From Octopus vulgaris (lineage: Eukaryota), in contig OX597815.1 in assembly GCA_951406725.2 (NCBI GenBank), positions 45,136,001 to 45,200,000 of the forward strand: a stretch of 64,000 nucleotides of DNA. The letters run 5' to 3'. Of this stretch, positions 62,928 to 64,000 are shown one piece after another. Positions within the stretch are counted from its first letter, which is position 1. The number at the start of each line of letters is the position of its first letter. The position numbers and the translations under genes were made by a program. Under the pieces are notes generated by a model. That model saw only the letters and a list, made by a program, of their open reading frames with translations. It was not told the origin of the DNA and did no database searches.

Positions 62928-63273
62928 CATATATAAACATACATGCCTACAACATATAAACCTACATAGAAAGACACACATACAAACATACACACACATA
63001 TGCATGCGTGCATATATGTATGTACGTGTGTACATACGTATGTATGTATGTGTGTATGTTTATAAGTATGTATACAGATATGCACAAACATAACGACCCA
63101 ACAATAAAATAGCACGAACAAAATAATAAAAAAAAGTGCATTCTACTCTAAAAGTAATTTCATTTCTTTTTACTTTATTTTTCCTTATGCTGGTGGTGCT
63201 TGTTTTGTCTTGACATGTCGTTTTTCTTTTTCTTTATTTTTTCCAAATGCATTTTTTGTATTCAATTGTACTT

Positions 63274-63345
<72 letters not shown>

Positions 63346-63515
63346 GACAGTCGGACAGACAGAGACAGAGAAAGAAGGAAAGAAAAAAGAAAGACAAAAG
63401 AAAGAAAGAAAGAGCAAAAATTTCCTCGAGCGTTTGTGGGTATATTTCTAGAAAACGAAAAAATACTGCATACATATGTTCACACAACACATGCAGACAC
63501 ACACACACACACCGC

Positions 63516-63581
<66 letters not shown>

Positions 63582-63682
63582 ATATGTGTGTATATATGAT
63601 TACATACACGAGCATAAACACACACACACAGTAATATATATGTAGGAAGATGTATGTGTGTATGTGTATGTATGGCTGTTTT

Positions 63683-63716
<34 letters not shown>

Positions 63717-64000
63717 CGGGAATATGTGTGTGAAATATTGTGACAACTGTTTGATTATCCTTTTTACTGTTATAAACGCACGCACATGAACACGCATGCA
63801 CATATGTGTCTGTAGGTATGAGTGTATGAATGCATGTGTACAGTACGTATCTGAATATGTCTTTCATTTATATGTATGTACAGATGTATATATATGCACT
63901 TACATACGCTCCTGTGCACACATCTGTGTATGCATGCATTTTTTAAGTCCCCATACGTGTAATAATATGCTTGTGTGTGAGTCAATGTCTGTGAGGGTGT
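61960..64000. repeat. Extended compound microsatellite/low-complexity region (TG, TA, CA, GA)
   Basis: Direct. Confidence 0.85.

Overview
This is AT-rich eukaryotic (metazoan) DNA, probably intergenic or intronic, and I cannot support any host protein-coding exon. The SINE families and the extreme (TA)n/(CA)n/(TAGA)n/(TACA)n microsatellite density look like an Octopus-type cephalopod genome; that is inference from recognised repeats. Almost every ORF in the supplied track is a microsatellite artefact or a decayed transposon piece. The transposon remnants are: R4/Dong-type RLE LINEs, a HERO-like 3' end, CR1-like LINEs, a Penelope-like element (PLE) with a GIY-YIG endonuclease, four mariners, a Tc1, a pogo/Tigger fragment, Helitrons, a hAT end, several MITEs, many tRNA-derived SINEs and a 5S rRNA pseudogene. 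The main unexplained signal is RNA-level. By eye I find about 24 type I hammerhead-ribozyme (HHR) motifs from at least 13 sequence families, mostly in short elements inserted into (TA)n/(CA)n tracts as outward-facing inverted pairs. They include a young 353-bp tandem HHR repeat with retrozyme/circRNA-like architecture. They also include compensatory core variants (G3-C8, U3-A8), a fixed A6U subfamily, greatly elongated stem II forms and family-specific palindromic loop 3 sequences. A multi-branched RNA domain downstream of the ribozyme shows base-pair covariation across three diverged lineages. All structures were read by eye and none has been folded computationally or tested.
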